A stretch of 64,000 nucleotides of DNA from Eledone cirrhosa (Eukaryota): positions 366,730,001 through 366,794,000 of the forward strand of contig OZ024742.1 of NCBI GenBank assembly GCA_964016885.1, written 5' to 3'. Below the pieces are notes generated by a model. The model was not told the DNA's origin. It worked only from the letters and a program-made list of their open reading frames with translations, and made no database searches. Of this stretch, positions 59,475-64,000 are shown one piece after another (position 1 is the first letter of the stretch; each line of letters starts with the position of its first letter). Made by a program: the position numbers and the translations under genes.

Positions 59475-61403
59475 CTTTCGATAGGGTCGACCATGGTTAC
59501 CTGGATGCGGTGCTAGCGGCGGCAGGCTTCGGACCCGTTTTCAGGGGCTGGATCACTGCTATGCACAGCAGCCGCATCTGCTCTAGGGTCAAGGTGAACG
59601 GCTAATTCTCGGAGCCGTTCAAAATCGCGCGGTCCATCCGACAAGGGTGCCCTCTCTCCTCCCTTCTGTATGTGTTGACTCTCGAGCCACTACTGCGGAA
59701 GTTGGAGTTGTTGCAGGGCATCCCTTTGGAACCGGGATTGCGGAAAGCGGTGTCGGCCTACGCCGATGACGTGACAGTAATGGTGTCGACGGCCTCCGAA
59801 ATCGAGGCGGTCGGCACCTTACTGGAGGAGTACGAAAAGTTCACAGGGGCTAAGCTGAACCGGGACAAGTCGATCGGTTTGCAACTCGGCACGTGGAGGG
59901 GCAGACCGATGCCCTCCGATGGCGTCGTCGGACGCTGGACGGAGGGCCCGGTGAAGTTGCTCGGGGTCTGGTTCGGACCGGACCTCCAGGTGGAGAAAAA
60001 CTGGGCGGAGGTTACGAACAGGGTGTTTGCACTGACCCAGAAGTGGGCCAGTTGCAAACTATCGCTGAAAGGTCGGGCGGAGGTGGCGAACACCTACATA
60101 GCGTCCGTCATCTACTACCGCCTGACCGTAGTGCCCTGCCCAAGGGAAACCCTCACCAAGATGGAGCGCACGCTCTTCCAATTCCTTTGGAAGAGGCGGG
60201 CTCCTATGTTGAGGAGATCCATCTGCTGTCAACACCCTTCGAAAGGAGGGCTGGGGATGCCGTGGCTAATGATGCGTAAACACGCATTAAGGCTACGGCA
60301 CATCTACGTATTCCTCACCGGACAATCGGTGTGGGCCTCGTTTGTGAGACGAACCTTTCCCAGACTCGTCTCACTCACCGAGCTGCAATCCTGGGTCAAG
60401 CAAAGACCGAGAAAACTGGGCGCCTGGCACACTGAGTGTGCCCAGGCGCTCACCACCCTCTGGCAGGCGGATCCGGTTATCAGTGGAGACTCCACCGCAA
60501 CATTCTATAGAGGGCTGGTACGCAGCAGGTGCGACGACGCCCTCGGAGAAGCCCTAGACATGGAGGAGGACGAACTGGCCAGCCTGTTCGGTAGGACATT
60601 CAGCCCGGGACCTATGGACAACTTCCAGAAGTCCCTGGCCTGGCAGTGCTACCGAGGGGCTTTACCCGTTCGAGAAAGGCTCTACAGACACGGGCGCCCG
60701 GGTAGGGACCCCGCCAAAAAGATCTGTCCCAGATGCGTGTGCGACGAGGAAACCGTTGCACACGCATTGGTACACTGCTCGGGCGTAGCCGATCTGTGGG
60801 GCTATGTCGAACAACTGCTGTCAAGGGTGGGACCGATCCGGTTGACCACCGAGTCTATTGTAATGATCAAGCCGCCTACCCCCTTCAAAGATGAAGCAGA
60901 GGCGGTGTTTCTGTGCGTAATAGCCATGGCGAAAGAGGTTGTATGGTGGACGCGTCTGAAAGGACTGAGGTCAGACACCTTTCTCTCTGGCCAACAACTG
61001 GTCCGTTTCTTCCGATATCATTTCAGAAGAAGGATCAGGGTGGAGAGATAGGTGCTGCACCCCAGCCGTTTCTATGAAAGATGGGTGAAAGTGGCGAGAA
61101 TGGCCCGTGTGAATGGGCCGTCACTCTACATCAGACTATAGGTGAGGAAGATGAAAGACAAAGGGAGCACCCCTTCTCTGTGCTCCTGAGGAGAAGGGTT
61201 GCACACTTTTTTCGGGGGTGTGTGCGACCCCCCAAGGCGCCTCCTCTCTATTGAGGATTTTGTTATAAATTTTATTTTTTGTTATATCTTATTTTATTTT
61301 TATATTTTGTTATTGCCTCCTCCTTATTGAGGACGCCTTTTTGTGTAAACTCCCCCCTTTGTACTTGTCCCACTTTTGATGCCCTAGTGGCAAATAAAAG
61401 AAA
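59475..61403 (+). mobile_element. 5'-truncated L1/Tx1-clade LINE in (TC)n/(TCTA)n
   Basis: FDRVDH, RQGCPLSPLLY, YADD, LSLKGRA, KGGLG and CPRC...ET..H...HC. Ends AATAAAAGAAA then (TC)n. Confidence 0.93.
59672..61051 (+). pseudogene. Tx1/L1 ORF2 remnant (RT C-terminal half plus CCHC zinc finger)
   Basis: Motifs as listed for 59475-61403. A stop lies upstream, and homology appears to continue past the TAG at 61051. Confidence 0.88.
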
Positions 61404-61415
61404 CATATCTATATG

Positions 61416-61496
<81 letters not shown>

Positions 61497-62325
61497 ATCT
61501 ATCTATATGTTAGTCTATCTATTTATTACTTTAAAACACCAATAAAAACACCATCCAGTTGTGTTTCACATTTATTGTCTCTTCTCCATTTCAATTCTAT
61601 TTTATTTGCTTCATCTTGTTAATTTATGCAAGCTTCTACATCTCGGATTTAACCAACATGTTAAGTATATAAACTCCTAGTCAGGGAAACAGTGGACAGT
61701 CAGATATTGGAATTGAACTCAAATCTGCCGAACCACGGACGAACCTACCACCAAAGTGAGACAAACCACTAACCCTCATATCCGGAGAAGTAAAACAAAC
61801 AGTTTAGAAATTGTTGAACGAAGTTTGAATTTTGAAATTATTTCTGTTGTTTGTAAGCTGCTTCAACGCAAAGGTGACTATAAAATAGTGGAACCTTGTG
61901 GATATATAAAACTTTAGAATGACAAATATTTGACAGTCACCTGGACGGCTTCGTTGGTCTAAAGTGAAACTAACCATTTACCCACCATTCTAATACCTTA
62001 TAAAGATATCTATAGATACACACACACAATGAAACGTTTAAAGAGCATGTTTTGAAATTAAGATGTATGCTCTGCTCTTTGTAAAATATGTCTAATATGG
62101 ATTTAATATTGTCGTTGATATTTTAATATATTTTACGTGGCTTGATAGTCTTAAGAATTTATAATATAATTTCGTATATGGATTTAATATAGTCGTTCAT
62201 ATTTGAATATTTAACGTGACTTAATATTGTCTTAAGATATGTATTTAATATTCTTTGTTTTTGAATTACAATATATACTTTATACGGTTTTAATGTCATC
62301 TTTCAACATTTAATATATCTAATAT

Positions 62326-62500
62326 GCAGTATCGGTAGAGGGTCGGACGCCATGCTTTCCAGCATAGTTACGTGCCTTTACGATCTGAGTTCAAATCCCG
62401 CCGAGGTTGACTTTGCCTTTCATCCTTACGGGGTCAATAAAATAAAGTACCAGTAATGAACTGGGTAATTGCTGGCCTTGTGCCTAAAGTAGACACATAT
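62326..62500 (+). mobile_element. tRNA-derived SINE (octopus OK/OR-like)
   Basis: Matches 36456-36630 in reverse complement. B box GAGTTCAAATCC. Confidence 0.9.
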
Positions 62501-63229
62501 TATTTCAAATAATAAATATTTTGTATGAATTTAATAACATTTTTCAACTTATATATTTTATATGGTCATTCACATCGTCTCTCATTTTATGAAATATATA
62601 TGATATAGTTTAATATTGTGTTTCAACATATAACAGATATTTCACAAGGATGTTATATTGGTCATTCAATTTATAATATATATTTTATTATGGTTTTCAT
62701 ACTATCTTTCAAGATGTAATAATATTTCGTATGATCTAAATATTGTCTTTCAAAATATAAAATATATATTATTTCAATATCGCTTTTCATCGGAAATATG
62801 TTCTATGTGATTTAATATCATTTTTCAATTTATATATTTTATATGGTTCAACACACGATATATATTTTTTAATATGGTTTTAATATGGTTTTTCAACTTA
62901 GGATATATTTTATTATGCTCTCTTATCGTTGTCGTGATTCCAGTTTTTAAATTTTATCTTCTTTCTTAATTCCATTTAATTCTTATTTACTTTTGTTACT
63001 GTTGGTATAGTTGTTGTTATTGTTGCTATTGTTGTTATTGTTGTTATTGTTGTTATTGTTGTTATTGTTATTGTTGCTATTCATATGGTTATTGGTATTA
63101 TTATAGTGGCTGTTATATCGATAAATTATTGATTTCTAACACACACCCGTCAAATCTCTAATGAAGCAAGTTTACGAAAAATACTGATAGATGATAGACT
63201 TGTTGCATTATCGATGTTGTTGTTGAATT

Positions 63230-64000
63230 ATGTGGTGGTGGTCGTTGTGGTGGTGTTAGTGGTAGTGGTGGTGGTCATTGTGGTGGTGTTAGTGGTAGTG
63301 GTGGTGGTGGTAGTAGTAGTGGTGGTGTTAGTGGTCGTGGTAGTAGTAGTGGTGGTGTTAGTGGTAGTGTTGGTGCTGGTGGTGGTGTTAGTAGTAGTGG
63401 TGGTGCTGGTGGTGTTAGTGGTAGTGGTGGTGGTGGTAGTGGTGGTGGTGGTGGTGGTGTTAGTGGTCGTGGTAGTAGTAGTGGTGGTGTTAGTGGTAGT
63501 GTTGGTGCTGGTGGTGGTGTTAGTAGTAGTGGTGGTGCTGGTGGTGTTAGTGGTAGTGGTGGTGGTAGTAGTGGTGGTGGTGGTGGTGGTGTTAGTGGTC
63601 GTGGTAGTAGTAGTGGTGGTGTTAGTGGTAGTGTTGGTGCTGGTGGTGGTGTTAGTAGTAGTGGTGGTGCTGGTGGTGTTAGTGGTAGTGGTGGTGGTAG
63701 TAGTGGTGGTGGTGGTGGTAGTGGTGGTGGTGGTGTTAGTGGTAGTGGTGGTAGTGGTGGTGGTGGTGGTGGTGGTGGCGGTGGTAGTAGTAGTGGTGAT
63801 GTTGGTGGTAGTAGTAGCGGTGGTGGTGGTGGTAGTAGTGGTGGTGGGTGTGGTAGTAGTAGTGTTTTTGGTTGTGGTGGTGTTAGTGGTAGCGCTGGTG
63901 CTGGTGGTGGTAGTAGTAGTGGTGGTAGTGGTGGTGGTGGTGTTAGTGGTGGTGGTAGTAGTGGTGGTGGTGGTCGTGGTGGTGGTGGTGGTAGTAGTAG
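63230..64000. repeat. (GGT/AGT)n trinucleotide tract with three 132-bp internal repeats
   Basis: GTTAGTGGTCGTGG at 63327, 63459 and 63591. Confidence 0.92.

Overview
Eukaryotic, gene-free, repeat-saturated window, most likely from an octopod cephalopod (inferred from SINE cores resembling octopus OK/OR SINEs). Bases 1-10470 are a 48-bp satellite with 528-bp and 3638-bp higher-order periods. The rest is (TA)n-type microsatellite packed with transposon debris: Penelope-like elements (Neptune-like and Naiad-like), CR1/L2-group LINEs, RTE, a Tx1/L1 in (TC)n, Gypsy derivatives and SINEs. There is a 200-N gap at 14424-14623. Nearly all ORFs in the track are microsatellite or satellite artefacts. 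The main hidden signal is about 20 minimal type I hammerhead ribozyme motifs (CUGANGA...GAAA-near-palindromic stem III-UH) from several unrelated families. Many sit as outward-pointing pairs in fold-back elements inserted in (TA)n, with spacers from about 36 bp to about 7 kb. Other highlights are an octamer-plus-hammerhead retrozyme-like family with compensatory stem changes, a Gypsy integrase ORF bracketed by 29-bp TIRs built from LTR ends, and a twin-priming-type inversion in a Naiad-like element. All folds were derived by eye; no database search or folding program was run.
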